64,000 nucleotides of DNA. It comes from an uncultured Verrucomicrobiae bacterium. GTDB taxonomy: Bacteria > Verrucomicrobiota > Verrucomicrobiia > Chthoniobacterales > UBA10450. The notes under the pieces were generated by a model that did no database searches, was not told where the DNA came from, and saw nothing but the letters and a program-made list of their open reading frames with translations. Position numbers and translations under genes: made by a program. The stretch covers positions 352,001-416,000 of the forward strand of contig CAVWPA010000001.1 in the NCBI GenBank assembly GCA_963756875.1, written 5' to 3'. This document shows positions 46,164-56,815 of this stretch, in pieces; position 1 is the stretch's first letter, and every line of letters starts with the position of its first letter.

Positions 46164-49100
46164 ATGTCAGAAGGAAATTCGCAGCGCATTCAGTTCGGTT
46201 CCATCAAGGAAGCTATTGAGCCGCCGAACCTCATCGAAGTCCAAATCAATTCCTATGTAGATTTTCTACAGAAGGACGTGCCGTTTGCCAAACGCAAGAA
46301 CCACGGATTGCAGGCGGTCTTCAAGGAAGTTTTCCCGATCGAGAGCTACGACGAAAAGGCGGTGCTCGATTTCAGCCATTACGACATTGGCGAGCCGAAA
46401 CTGAGCGCGCTGGAGGCGCAACGAGAGAGCCAGACTTACAGCGCGCCGCTGCACGTCACTTTCCAATTGAGGGAAGAAAAAGGGACGAAGGAAGAGAAAG
46501 TTTACATGGGCGAGATCCCGCTCATGACGGCGCAGGGGACTTTCGTCATTAACGGCGCGGAGCGCGTAGTGGTTTCCCAGTTGCATCGCTCGCCCGGCAT
46601 CGCGTTTGAATCGAGCGTGCACCTGAACGGCAAGGTGCTCTACAGTTTTCGCATCATCCCAGACCGCGGTTCGTGGATTGAGGTGCAATTCGATACCGCC
46701 GATCTGCTTTATATTTACCTCGATCGCCGGAAACGGCGCCGGAAATTCCTCGCGACCACTTTCCTGCGTGCGCTCGGTTACGGTTCCGACGAGGAAGTCA
46801 TCAAGCTTTTTTACAACATCGAGAACCTCAAGTTGAGCGAAAGGCTCGACGAGGAAAAACTCGCGACCAAGGTGTTGACGGCAGAAGTGCTCGACGGGGA
46901 AGTGACTGTCGCCCGTGCATTCGAGCCGCTCACCCTGGCCACCGTGCGCCAGATCATGGGACTGGGCATTAAGGAAGTGAAAGTCATCGATATTTCGAGT
47001 GATGACACCGTGGTGAAGGCCTTGAGAAAAGACCCGGCGCACGATCAGGAAGAGGCGCTCAAGGACATTTATCGCCGGCTCCGCCCTGGCGATCCGCCGA
47101 CGGTTGCCAATGCCCGCGCTTTGCTTAAGCGGCTCTTTTTCGATCCGAAGAAATACGATCTTGGCCGGGTTGGCCGATACAAGATCAACCAAAAACTCGG
47201 AATCGATGTCGATCTTGGCGAGCGAATTTTGACGGACAAGGATTTCATCGCCGCGATCAAGTATTTGATCAATTTGCGTCGAGGCGAGGGAACGCTGGAC
47301 GACATCGATCACTTGGGCAGCCGCCGGGTGCGCACGGTCGGCGAACTGCTGGCCAATCAGTGCCGGGTCGGCCTGGCGCGGACGGAACGTCTGGTCAAGG
47401 AGCGCATGACGTTGTTTGACATCAACGTCGATGGGATGACGCCGCAGAAGCTGATTAACCCAAAGGCGCTCAGTGCCGTCATTCGCGATTTCTTCGGGCG
47501 TTCGCAACTTTCCCAGTTCATGGATCAAACCAATCCGCTTGCCGAATTGACGCACAAGCGGCGCTTATCGGCGCTCGGGCCAGGCGGCTTAAGCCGCGAT
47601 CGCGCTGGTTTCGAAGTGCGCGACGTGCATCCGTCCCATTACGGACGCATTTGTCCGATCGAAACGCCGGAAGGCCCAAACATCGGACTCATCAGCTCGA
47701 TGTCCACGTTCGCGCGCATTAACGAATTCGGCTTTATCGAGACGCCGTATCGAAAGGTCCACAACGGTCGCGTGACCGATGAGATCGAATATCTCACCGC
47801 CGATCGCGAAGAAAATTATCTTGTCGCGCAGGCGAACGCAACGGTTGACGGTCGCGGTCATTTCACCGGCGAGAAAGTGTCGGTTCGATATCGCGGCGAT
47901 TTTCTCGAAGTGGAGCCGGGGAAGGTCCACTACATGGATGTCTCGCCGAAGCAGCTCGTTTCGGTCGCGGCGGGATTGATTCCATTTCTCGAACATGACG
48001 ATGCGAATCGCGCGCTGATGGGTTCGAACATGCAGCGCCAGGGTGTGCCGTTGATCGTTTCGGAAGCGCCACTGGTGGGGACTGGGCTCGAGGGGAAAGT
48101 GGCCCGCGATTCCCACGCTGTATTGATTGCCGCGGAAAGCGGCAAGGTGGCATCGGTTACGGCGGACCAGATTATTATTACCAAGGACGGGCGGATGCCG
48201 GAAAGCCGGCGGAAATTGAAAAGCGACCCTGAAGCCGGAGTGCACGTTCACGAGCTGCGCAAATTCATGCGCTCGAACGCCGGCACCTGTGTGAATCAAA
48301 AGCCGATTGTAAAGAAGGGTCAGCATGTCAAGCGCGGCCAGGTAATCGCAGACGGACCGAATACCGAGCATGGCGAACTTGCCCTCGGTCGCAACGTGCT
48401 CGTCGCGTTCATGCCTTGGAACGGTTACAACTTTGAAGACGCCATCATGATTTCGGAGAAAGTCGTGAAGGAGGACATCTACACTTCCATTCACATCGAC
48501 GAATTCGAAATCGGCGCGCGCGATACCAAACTCGGTCCGGAAGAAATCACACGCGACATTCCGAACGTCAGCGAAGAAGCCCTGCGCAATCTGGGGCCGG
48601 ACGGGGTGGTGCGCGTGGGAGCGGAGGTGAAGCCGGGTGACATTCTAGTCGGTAAAATTACTCCGAAGAGCGAGACTGAGCTGGCGCCGGAAGAACGGTT
48701 GCTGCGGGCGATCTTCGGCGAAAAAGCCGCCGACGTGAAAGACACGTCGCTGACGGTCCCCTCAGGGACTTACGGAATCGTCATGGATGTGAAGGTTTCG
48801 TCGCGCAAGGAAGTGTCGCGCGAGAAACTCACGCCTGCGGAAACGAAAAAGCAGATCAAGGCAATTACGGAAGAGCACCGGCGCAAGAGGGAAGAGCTGA
48901 CGGAGCAACTGACCGATGCCCTGTCAAATATTTTGCTTGGGGAAAAGATTCCGCTCGATGTGGTGAATGCCGAGACGGGCGAAATTATCATTCCGGCCAA
49001 TCGCAAGATCACCAAGACGCTTTTGCGCAAGCTGGCGAACGTTTACGATCATATCGAGATCGATCCGAGTCCGATTCGCAACAAGATCCGCGAGATCATT

Positions 49101-49973
49101 GCGCATTACGAACACAAGTTCGCGGAGCTCGAGCTTGAGCGTGAGCGCTCCATGGACCGTGTTGAGAGCGGCGATGACATCGATCCGGGCATCATCAAAC
49201 AGGTCAAGGTTTACATTGCCTCGAAGCGGAAACTTTCCGTCGGCGACAAAATGGCGGGCCGCCACGGCAACAAGGGTGTCGTCGCGCGCATCGTGCCGGA
49301 AGAAGACATGCCGTTCCTGGCAGACGGGACGCCGGTTGAAATTGTTCTTAATCCGTTAGGCGTTCCCAGCCGAATGAACGTGGGTCAGGTGCTTGAAACT
49401 CACCTTGGCGTCGCGGCAAAAGCGCTCGGCTTCAAGGTCGCCACACCGGTTTTCGACGGCATCGCGGAGTCAAAGATCCGTGAATACCTAAAAGAGGCGC
49501 GCAAGAAGGAGGGCTTCAGCTGGGTGCAGGAAAATGGAAAGGCACATTTGTTCGACGGCCGCACGGGCGATCAGTTCGACCAGGAAGTTGTGGTCGGCCA
49601 CATCTACATGATGAAGCTCGGCCATTTGGTCGCGGACAAGATCCACGCGCGCGCGGTCGGCCCGTATTCGTTGGTCACGCAGCAGCCGCTGGGTGGAAAG
49701 GCGCAGTACGGCGGACAGCGCTTCGGGGAGATGGAAGTGTGGGCTCTGGAAGCTTACGGCGCCGCGTACACCTTGCAGGAATTGCTCACCGTAAAATCGG
49801 ACGACGTGCAAGGCCGCACCCGTATCTACGAATCGATCGTCAAAGGCGACAATTCGCTCGAGGCGGGAACACCTGAGTCTTTCAACGTGTTGATCAAGGA
49901 AATGCAGAGCCTTGGCCTCGACATCAAGGTCGGCGGCCAGGCGCCCAGCAGCGTCTTTGACACCGTAGCTTAA
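46164..49973 (+). CDS. rpoB: RNA polymerase beta subunit
   Basis: [55 protein letters not shown]. Confidence 0.99.
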   Translation: MSEGNSQRIQFGSIKEAIEPPNLIEVQINSYVDFLQKDVPFAKRKNHGLQAVFKEVFPIESYDEKAVLDFSHYDIGEPKLSALEAQRESQTYSAPLHVTFQLREEKGTKEEKVYMGEIPLMTAQGTFVINGAERVVVSQLHRSPGIAFESSVHLNGKVLYSFRIIPDRGSWIEVQFDTADLLYIYLDRRKRRRKFLATTFLRALGYGSDEEVIKLFYNIENLKLSERLDEEKLATKVLTAEVLDGEVTVARAFEPLTLATVRQIMGLGIKEVKVIDISSDDTVVKALRKDPAHDQEEALKDIYRRLRPGDPPTVANARALLKRLFFDPKKYDLGRVGRYKINQKLGIDVDLGERILTDKDFIAAIKYLINLRRGEGTLDDIDHLGSRRVRTVGELLANQCRVGLARTERLVKERMTLFDINVDGMTPQKLINPKALSAVIRDFFGRSQLSQFMDQTNPLAELTHKRRLSALGPGGLSRDRAGFEVRDVHPSHYGRICPIETPEGPNIGLISSMSTFARINEFGFIETPYRKVHNGRVTDEIEYLTADREENYLVAQANATVDGRGHFTGEKVSVRYRGDFLEVEPGKVHYMDVSPKQLVSVAAGLIPFLEHDDANRALMGSNMQRQGVPLIVSEAPLVGTGLEGKVARDSHAVLIAAESGKVASVTADQIIITKDGRMPESRRKLKSDPEAGVHVHELRKFMRSNAGTCVNQKPIVKKGQHVKRGQVIADGPNTEHGELALGRNVLVAFMPWNGYNFEDAIMISEKVVKEDIYTSIHIDEFEIGARDTKLGPEEITRDIPNVSEEALRNLGPDGVVRVGAEVKPGDILVGKITPKSETELAPEERLLRAIFGEKAADVKDTSLTVPSGTYGIVMDVKVSSRKEVSREKLTPAETKKQIKAITEEHRRKREELTEQLTDALSNILLGEKIPLDVVNAETGEIIIPANRKITKTLLRKLANVYDHIEIDPSPIRNKIREIIAHYEHKFAELELERERSMDRVESGDDIDPGIIKQVKVYIASKRKLSVGDKMAGRHGNKGVVARIVPEEDMPFLADGTPVEIVLNPLGVPSRMNVGQVLETHLGVAAKALGFKVATPVFDGIAESKIREYLKEARKKEGFSWVQENGKAHLFDGRTGDQFDQEVVVGHIYMMKLGHLVADKIHARAVGPYSLVTQQPLGGKAQYGGQRFGEMEVWALEAYGAAYTLQELLTVKSDDVQGRTRIYESIVKGDNSLEAGTPESFNVLIKEMQSLGLDIKVGGQAPSSVFDTVA

Positions 49974-50004
49974 TTTTAACAACGACAGTCACATTGGAGA
50001 TTAA

Positions 50005-53000
50005 ATGAACGAACATTCCTGGCGTGAGTTAGTGGGCGAAGAACGGCCCGTAGGTTTTGATCAGGTCGCAATCGGAATCGCTTCCAGCGACACGATGCGG
50101 TCGTGGAGCAAAGGCGAGGTTAAAAATCCGGAGACGATCAATTATCGTACGTTCAAGCCGGAAAAGGGCGGTCTCTTTTGCGAGCGTATTTTCGGGCCGA
50201 CGCGCGATTGGGAATGCTCGTGCGGAAAGTACAAGCGAATCAAGCATAAGGGCGTTATTTGCGACCGTTGCGGCGTGGAAGTGACGCTGGCGCGCGTGCG
50301 ACGCGAGCGCATGGGCCACATCGAGCTGGCCGTGCCGGTCTCCCACATCTGGTTTTATAAGTGCATGCCTTCGCGGCTGGGACTGATGCTCGACATGAGC
50401 GCACGCCAGCTCGAGCGCGTGATTTATTATGAGGACTACATTGTCATCGACCCGGGCAAAACGCCGCTGCAAAGGACGCAGCTTCTGAATGAAGTCGAGT
50501 ATCGCGAAGCGCAGGAGCAGTACGGCGAAGATTTCGTTGCCGGGATGGGCGCGGAAGCGATCAAACAGCTTCTCTCCGAGATCGAGCTCAACAAGCTCAA
50601 CAAGGAGCTGGAAAAAGCGATGGGGGCGACGAAGAGCAAGCAGATCCGCAAGAAGCTCGCTAAACGTCTCAAGCTGGTTCAGGGATTTCAAAATTCGCAC
50701 GCCCGACCGGAGTGGATGATTCTCGATGTGCTGCCGGTGATTCCGCCGGATTTGCGGCCATTAGTTCCTTTGGAAGGCGGACGATTCGCAACCAGCGATT
50801 TAAACGACCTTTATCGGCGCGTCATCAACCGCAACAATCGTCTCAAAAACCTCCTCCAGCTCAAAACGCCGGACGTTATCATTCGAAACGAAAAGCGAAT
50901 GTTGCAGGAAGCTGTGGACGCCTTGTTCGACAACGGCCGACACGGGCGCGCGGTCACCGGCGCTGGAAATCGCCCGCTGAAATCCTTAAGCGACATGCTC
51001 AAGGGCAAGGGCGGCCGGTTCCGGCAGAATTTGCTTGGGAAACGGGTCGATTACTCTGGCCGTTCCGTCATCGTGATTGGGCCGGAGTTGAAACTGCATC
51101 AGTGTGGTCTGCCGAAAAAGATGGCGCTCGTTTTGTTCGAGCCGTTCATTATTCGCCGGCTCAAGGACCTGGGCTACGTGCATACGGTACGCAGCGCCAA
51201 GAAAATGATCGAGCGCCAGACGCCGGAAGTCTGGGACATTCTGGACGAAGTCACGCGTGGCCATCCGGTCCTGCTAAACCGCGCACCAACGCTGCATCGA
51301 TTGTCGATCCAGGCATTCGAGCCGCAATTGATCGAAGGCGAAGCCATTCGAATTCACCCGCTGGTCTGCACGGCTTACAACGCAGACTTCGACGGCGACC
51401 AGATGGCGGTGCACGTGCCGCTCTCGGTGGAAGCGCAGATGGAAGCGCGCATGCTGATGCTGGCGCCGAACAACATTTTCTCGCCGTCCAACGGCAAACC
51501 GATCACCACGCCGACACAGGACATTACGCTCGGCTGCTATTACATGACGCAAAATCCGCGCTCTATCAAAAAGGAAGGCCAGCATATGCCGCTGTTCGGC
51601 GAAGCCACCGAGGTGGAATTTGCCATGGCTGAAGGCGCGGTGAAGACGCACGATCGCATTCGGTTCAAGAACCCGGATCTCGGTAAGCAGACGCCCTTTG
51701 GGAATGCGGAAGCGAAGGTGATTGAGACGACCGCCGGGCGCGTCATTTTTAATCGGATCTGGCCGAAGGAGCTTGGTTTCTTTAACAAGGCCGCCGGCAA
51801 GAAGCAGCTCAGCGATATTATCTGGCGCTGCTATCAGGTCGCGGGTCCTTCGATCGCAGTGCAGACTCTCGACAAGCTTAAGGAACTCGGATTCAACGAG
51901 GCGACCCGGGCCGGAATCTCAATCGGAATCTCTGACATGATCATCCCGAAAGAGAAGCACACCGAGCTCGAGAATGCCTACAGACAGATCCGTCAGGTCG
52001 AACAGCAGTATCGCAAGGGAATTATCACCGACGGTGAGCGTTACAATAAGATCATCGATATTTGGACGCACGCCGGTGACGAGATTTCCAGTGTCATGTT
52101 CCGCACTTTGGAACACAACGAAGGGCGCAAGGAATTGAACCCGGTTTACCTGATGGTCGATTCCGGCGCGCGCGGAAATCGTCAGCAGGTGCGGCAGCTG
52201 GCCGGCATGCGCGGTTTGATGGCGAAGCCGAGCGGCGAAATCATTGAGCGCCCGATCACGTCTAATTTCCGGGAAGGATTGAGCGTGCTCGAGTATTTCA
52301 TTTCGACTCACGGCGCGCGCAAAGGTCTCGCCGATACAGCTCTCAAGACGGCGGACTCCGGTTATCTCACGCGGAAACTGGTGGACGCGGCCCAGGACGT
52401 AATCATCAACGCGCACGACTGTGGCACGGTCAACGGAATCGTTGTGCGCTCGATTTACGAAGGCGACGAGGAAGTGGTCGATCTGGCTCAGCGCATTATC
52501 GGTCGCGTGAGTTGCGAGACAATCGCGGACCCGGTGGAGAAGAAAAAGAAGGTCGTCAAAGCGAACCAACTCATCGACGAAAAGGTCGCGGCAGAGCTTC
52601 AACGGATCGGCGTGGAGCAGCTAAAAATTCGTTCCGTGCTCACCTGCGAATGCGGGCGCGGTGTTTGCGGCATGTGTTACGGCCGGAACCTGGCGACGGG
52701 CCAATTTGTCAAACTCGGCGAAGCGGTCGGCATTATTGCGGCGCAATCCATCGGCGAACCGGGGACGCAGTTGACCATGCGGACGTTCCACATCGGAGGT
52801 ACCGCGAGCCAGACTTTTAAACAGCCGATCATCAAGGCCAAAAACGACGGCACGGTCCGGTTCAACGATCTACGAACTGTGCAAGCGCTCGATGGCAGCT
52901 GGATTGTGCTGAGCAAGAACGGCTCGGTGGGCGTGCATAATTCGGAAGGCCGGGAACTGGAGCGCTACAATGTGGTCATCGGTTCGATGATTTCCAAGGA

Positions 53001-54123
53001 CGACGGCGCCTCCGTAAAAAAGGGCGAAACCTTTGTCCAATGGGACCCTTACAACGTTCCGATTCTTACCGACAAGAGCGGCAAGGTAGAATTCCGCGAC
53101 ATGATCTCCGGGGTGACGATCAAGCGCGATGTGGATGAAGCAACCGGCTTGATGGGCACTGTCATCATCGAGCACAAGGAAGATTTGCACCCGCAGATTG
53201 TTATCATGGGTGACAAGAAGGAAGTGCTCGCCAACTATTCCATTCCGGCCGGCGCGCACGTGATCGTCGAAGAGGGGCAAAAAATCCGCGCGGGCGCGTT
53301 GCTTGCGAAGACGCCGCGCAAGGTGGCAAAGACCAAGGACATCACCGGCGGCCTACCACGCGTGGCGGAGTTGTTCGAGGCGCGTCGTCCAAAGGACGCG
53401 GCCGAGATCGCCAAGATCGACGGCAACGTCGAAATCGGCGGCACCGTCCGCGGCAAGCGGCGGCTCATGTTGAAGGATCCGGAAACGGGTGTGGAGGAAG
53501 AACATCTCATTCCGCTCACGAAACACATTATTGTCTTCAAAGGCGACTTCGTGAAGAAGGGTCAGCAGTTGACCGAAGGTCCGATCGTGCCGCATGAAAT
53601 TCTGGAGGTTTGCGGTCCGCAGGAGTTGCAGGAACACCTCGTGAACGAAGTACAGGAGGTGTATCGCCTTCAGGGTGTCGAAATTAACGACAAGCACATC
53701 GAAATCATTGTGCGTCAGATGCTGCGCAAGGTGAAAATCACCGACCCGGGCGACACGTCATTGCTTTGGGGCGATCAGGTGGACAAGCTCGATTTCGAAG
53801 CCGAAAACAGGAATGTTGTCGAGCAGGGGGGCAAACCGGCAGAGGCCGTGCCTGTGCTGCTTGGTATCACCAAGGCTTCGCTCGAAACCGACAGCTTCAT
53901 CTCCGCGGCATCGTTCCAGGATACGACGCGCGTTCTCACGGAGGCCGCTACGCTGGGTAAAGTCGACAGGCTGCGCGGTTTCAAAGAAAACGTGATCATG
54001 GGTCACTTGATTCCTGCTGGAACCGGGTTCCCGGCACATCGTGAGATCAAACTTGTCGAGAAGGGCGAACCGATTGGTGCTGCCGTGGTGGAGGAACCTG
54101 AAGTACAACCGGCCATCGGGTAG
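50005..54123 (+). CDS. rpoC: RNA polymerase beta' subunit
   Basis: [39 protein letters not shown]. Confidence 0.99.
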   Translation: MNEHSWRELVGEERPVGFDQVAIGIASSDTMRSWSKGEVKNPETINYRTFKPEKGGLFCERIFGPTRDWECSCGKYKRIKHKGVICDRCGVEVTLARVRRERMGHIELAVPVSHIWFYKCMPSRLGLMLDMSARQLERVIYYEDYIVIDPGKTPLQRTQLLNEVEYREAQEQYGEDFVAGMGAEAIKQLLSEIELNKLNKELEKAMGATKSKQIRKKLAKRLKLVQGFQNSHARPEWMILDVLPVIPPDLRPLVPLEGGRFATSDLNDLYRRVINRNNRLKNLLQLKTPDVIIRNEKRMLQEAVDALFDNGRHGRAVTGAGNRPLKSLSDMLKGKGGRFRQNLLGKRVDYSGRSVIVIGPELKLHQCGLPKKMALVLFEPFIIRRLKDLGYVHTVRSAKKMIERQTPEVWDILDEVTRGHPVLLNRAPTLHRLSIQAFEPQLIEGEAIRIHPLVCTAYNADFDGDQMAVHVPLSVEAQMEARMLMLAPNNIFSPSNGKPITTPTQDITLGCYYMTQNPRSIKKEGQHMPLFGEATEVEFAMAEGAVKTHDRIRFKNPDLGKQTPFGNAEAKVIETTAGRVIFNRIWPKELGFFNKAAGKKQLSDIIWRCYQVAGPSIAVQTLDKLKELGFNEATRAGISIGISDMIIPKEKHTELENAYRQIRQVEQQYRKGIITDGERYNKIIDIWTHAGDEISSVMFRTLEHNEGRKELNPVYLMVDSGARGNRQQVRQLAGMRGLMAKPSGEIIERPITSNFREGLSVLEYFISTHGARKGLADTALKTADSGYLTRKLVDAAQDVIINAHDCGTVNGIVVRSIYEGDEEVVDLAQRIIGRVSCETIADPVEKKKKVVKANQLIDEKVAAELQRIGVEQLKIRSVLTCECGRGVCGMCYGRNLATGQFVKLGEAVGIIAAQSIGEPGTQLTMRTFHIGGTASQTFKQPIIKAKNDGTVRFNDLRTVQALDGSWIVLSKNGSVGVHNSEGRELERYNVVIGSMISKDDGASVKKGETFVQWDPYNVPILTDKSGKVEFRDMISGVTIKRDVDEATGLMGTVIIEHKEDLHPQIVIMGDKKEVLANYSIPAGAHVIVEEGQKIRAGALLAKTPRKVAKTKDITGGLPRVAELFEARRPKDAAEIAKIDGNVEIGGTVRGKRRLMLKDPETGVEEEHLIPLTKHIIVFKGDFVKKGQQLTEGPIVPHEILEVCGPQELQEHLVNEVQEVYRLQGVEINDKHIEIIVRQMLRKVKITDPGDTSLLWGDQVDKLDFEAENRNVVEQGGKPAEAVPVLLGITKASLETDSFISAASFQDTTRVLTEAATLGKVDRLRGFKENVIMGHLIPAGTGFPAHREIKLVEKGEPIGAAVVEEPEVQPAIG

Positions 54124-54129
54124 CGGAAT

Positions 54130-54187
54130 TGTAGGGCGTCCGTGTCAGACGCCGTCCAGGGTTGGCGTTTCACAGAAACGCCATACA
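54130..54187. repeat. GTAG-type REP doublet after rpoC
   Basis: tgtagggcgtccg..gacgcc...ggcgtttcacagaaacgccataca; matches the reverse complement of 9270-9320. Confidence 0.8.
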
Positions 54188-54198
54188 ATGTTCGCCTA

Positions 54199-54744
54199 AT
54201 GTCGATCGTAACCAGGACCGGCGACCAGGGCGAAACTTCGCTCATGTACGGCCGGCGCGTGCCGAAAAGCGATCCGCGGGTCGATGCCTACGGCTGCGTT
54301 GATGAGTTGAATGCAGCGCTCGGGATGGCGCGCACGTTTTCAGACAATCCGTTCGCTTCCGACCAGATCCTGGCGGTGCAAAAAGACTTGATTGTTGTCA
54401 TGGGAGAACTTGCGACAGCAGCAGACGATCTCGATCGATATGTGAAGGACGGTTTCAAATTGACCAGCGGGGAAATGGTCGATCGGCTCGATGAAGTGAT
54501 CGTCCATCTTGAAAAGGACAAATCGTTGTATCCGAAAGATTGGGTCATTCCCGGCGAAAGCCGGGCTTCCGCGGCATTGGACCTTGCACGAACCACCTGC
54601 CGGCGCGCCGAACGTCGTGCGGCAGCACTGGAGGATTTGAACCCCGAAATCCTCCGTTATCTCAACCGGCTTTCGGATCTTTGCTGGATTTTAGCGCGCT
54701 ATTGCGAGAAGACCGCGGTGAAATCGGCGACTCCGGATCGCTAA
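54199..54744 (+). CDS. pduO: ATP:cob(I)alamin adenosyltransferase (PduO type)
   Basis: MSIVTRTGDQGET, AYGCVDELNA, ARTTCRRAER, YLNRLSD. Confidence 0.9.
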   Translation: MSIVTRTGDQGETSLMYGRRVPKSDPRVDAYGCVDELNAALGMARTFSDNPFASDQILAVQKDLIVVMGELATAADDLDRYVKDGFKLTSGEMVDRLDEVIVHLEKDKSLYPKDWVIPGESRASAALDLARTTCRRAERRAAALEDLNPEILRYLNRLSDLCWILARYCEKTAVKSATPDR

Positions 54745-54822
54745 TATTCTGTTTGCCTTTGTGTTCCCAATGTAGCATCTTCCACATCCGCCGTTTCCCC
54801 CCTCCGCCCGGCGGTTTTTTAT

Positions 54823-55554
54823 ATGGCGACCACAATAGAATTAGTGCCTGAACTGCTCGAAGCTGGTGTCCATTTCGGTCATCAGACCAAGCGCTGGAAC
54901 CCGAAGATGAAGCCGTTCATTTTTGAGCAGCGCAACCAGATCTATATCATCAACCTGGACGAAACGGTGAAGCAACTTCACCGCGCGACCGATTTTCTTC
55001 AGGAAGTGGCGCGGCGAGGCGGCAAGATCCTTTTCGTCGGTTGCAAAAAACAGGCGCAGGAAGCAATCAAGGAAGCCGCCCTGGCTTGCGGACAATTTTA
55101 CGTAAACCAACGCTGGCTCGGCGGCACGTTGACCAATCTCTCCACTATCCGGAAGAGCATCGGTCGCCTTAAGTATATCGAGGAGATCGAACAATCGCCC
55201 GATTACAAAAAAATGGGCAAACAGGAAATCGCGGCGCTCAATCGAGAGGCTGCCAAGCTCCGGCGGAATCTTGAAGGAATTCTGGAAATGGCGCAGTTAC
55301 CGAACGCTCTCGTTATCATTGATACGACGCGCGAACAAAACGCGGTTAACGAGGCGCGCCGCCTTGGAATCCCGGTCGTCGCAATTGTCGATACCAATGC
55401 CGACCCCGATCTGATCGACTACCCGATTCCCGGGAATGACGATGCGATCCGCGCTATTCGCGTGGTGTTGCAAAAACTCGTGGATGCGATCGTCGCGGCC
55501 GGGGGAGAAGCGCGGGTTCGCGAACAGATAGAAATGGCCGGCGTATCAGCCTAG
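54823..55554 (+). CDS. rpsB: 30S ribosomal protein S2
   Basis: LLEAGVHFGHQTKRWNPKM, RWLGGTLTN, IPGNDDAIRA. Confidence 0.98.
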   Translation: MATTIELVPELLEAGVHFGHQTKRWNPKMKPFIFEQRNQIYIINLDETVKQLHRATDFLQEVARRGGKILFVGCKKQAQEAIKEAALACGQFYVNQRWLGGTLTNLSTIRKSIGRLKYIEEIEQSPDYKKMGKQEIAALNREAAKLRRNLEGILEMAQLPNALVIIDTTREQNAVNEARRLGIPVVAIVDTNADPDLIDYPIPGNDDAIRAIRVVLQKLVDAIVAAGGEARVREQIEMAGVSA

Positions 55555-55565
55555 CCGAGCTAAAG

Positions 55566-55641
55566 CGTTAATAGGTTACATTGTTACAATGTAGCTGGAT
55601 GAAGCTCACGATTTAACGTTGGGAGATTGTAACATTTTAAC
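55566..55641. repeat. AT-rich quasi-palindromic repeat (GTTACAT / TGTAAC units) between rpsB and tsf
   Basis: gttaataggttacattgttaca ... tttaacg..tgtaacattttaac. Confidence 0.5.
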
Positions 55642-55646
55642 TGTTC

Positions 55647-56252
55647 ATGGAAATTAATCCACAGCTCGTTAAACAGCTTCGCGAGAAAACCAATGCCGGC
55701 ATGATGGATTGCAAGCGCGCGTTGACCGAAGCTAATGGGGATCTGGTCAAGGCCGAAACGATCTTGCGCACCAAGGGAATTGCGACGGCGAGCAAGAAAT
55801 CGTCTCGCGTAACCAAGGAAGGGATTGTCGCGTCCTACATTCATCTGCAGGGCAAGGTCGGCGTTCTCGTCGAGGTGAATTGCGAAACCGATTTTGTGGC
55901 GAAGAACGAAATTTTTCGTTCGTTTGTCAAAGACATCACCCTGCATATCGCCGCCGCACATCCACTTTATGTGAGCCGGGCCGATGTGCCGGCAGGAACC
56001 GTCGAGGCAGAGCGCGCGATTTATGAAGCGCAGGTTAAGGACAAGCCGGCCAACGTGATGAATAAGATTGTGGAGGGAAAACTCGACAAGTACTACAGCA
56101 CGGTTTGTTTGCTGGAGCAGGGCTTTATCAAGAACCCCGACCAGACGATCAAGGATTTGCTGACCGCAAAGATTGCCGAACTGGGCGAAAATATCGTGAT
56201 CCGGCGCTTTACCCGGTATCTGGTAGGCGAGCCGCTTCCAGACGAAGGCTAA
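55647..56252 (+). CDS. tsf: Elongation factor Ts (short, about 200 aa form)
   Basis: VKQLREKTNAGMMDCKRAL, EVNCETDFVA, ENIVIRRFTR. Confidence 0.97.
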   Translation: MEINPQLVKQLREKTNAGMMDCKRALTEANGDLVKAETILRTKGIATASKKSSRVTKEGIVASYIHLQGKVGVLVEVNCETDFVAKNEIFRSFVKDITLHIAAAHPLYVSRADVPAGTVEAERAIYEAQVKDKPANVMNKIVEGKLDKYYSTVCLLEQGFIKNPDQTIKDLLTAKIAELGENIVIRRFTRYLVGEPLPDEG

Positions 56253-56374
56253 GACATCCTTTTGGTTGCCGTTCTCCTGATAGCCTCTAAACTGGTTTTT
56301 CACCCGAACGCGCCGGGGTGTAACTCAACGGCGCAAACGAAGTTCTGACTGACTTCATAAGAGGAGGAGAACCC

Positions 56375-56654
56375 ATGAAAGTTATGGTTGTTTGGGAAGA
56401 CCGCCCCCGGCAAATACAAAGCTACAGTCGAGGAATTTCTCCGTAAAGGCGGTCCAGTCCCGTCCGGAGCCAAAACCGTAGGGCGCTGGCACACCCCGGG
56501 CTCCGGCCTCGGCTGGCATCTTATAGAATCGGACGATCTGGCGCTTGTTGCACAGCACGTGGCCGAGTGGGCCGACCTTATAGAGTGCCAGGTCTATCCG
56601 GTTATTGAGGATGCCGAAGCCGCCACCGCCGCCAAGAGGGCGTTTGATAAGTAG
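56375..56654 (+). CDS. DUF3303-like small protein with a +1 frameshift at 56394-56396
   Basis: Strong RBS gaggaggag, then MKVMVVW, an extra G, then KTAPGKYK..GRWH..GWHLIESDD..WADL..YPVIED. Confidence 0.7.
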
Positions 56655-56815
56655 TAATCTCCCTGCCAACAGTCCGGTATCAGTTTGGGTAGGGGCGACA
56701 GCCTTGATCGACCGCACCCTCAGCTGGATTCCGCCCGGGGCTTCCGTCTCCGTGGAGGTGGTTCCCTGCACGCAGTCCGTGAAATCCGTGTAATCCGGGG
56801 CTAGCTTTGGTAGAA

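Noticed and set aside
46266..48494. Long antisense ORFs (429 and 301 aa) opposite rpoB, and similar ones opposite other genes
   Set aside because: Shadow frames expected from GC-rich codon usage; no recognisable motifs.
56253..56374. Possible riboswitch upstream of the DUF3303-like gene (ggcgcaaac, short hairpins)
   Set aside because: Does not match the c-di-GMP-I or other aptamer consensus I can verify by eye.
56655..56815. Possible gene remnant on the minus strand (GGIQLRVRSIKAVAP)
   Set aside because: No start or recognisable family; cannot be supported without a search.
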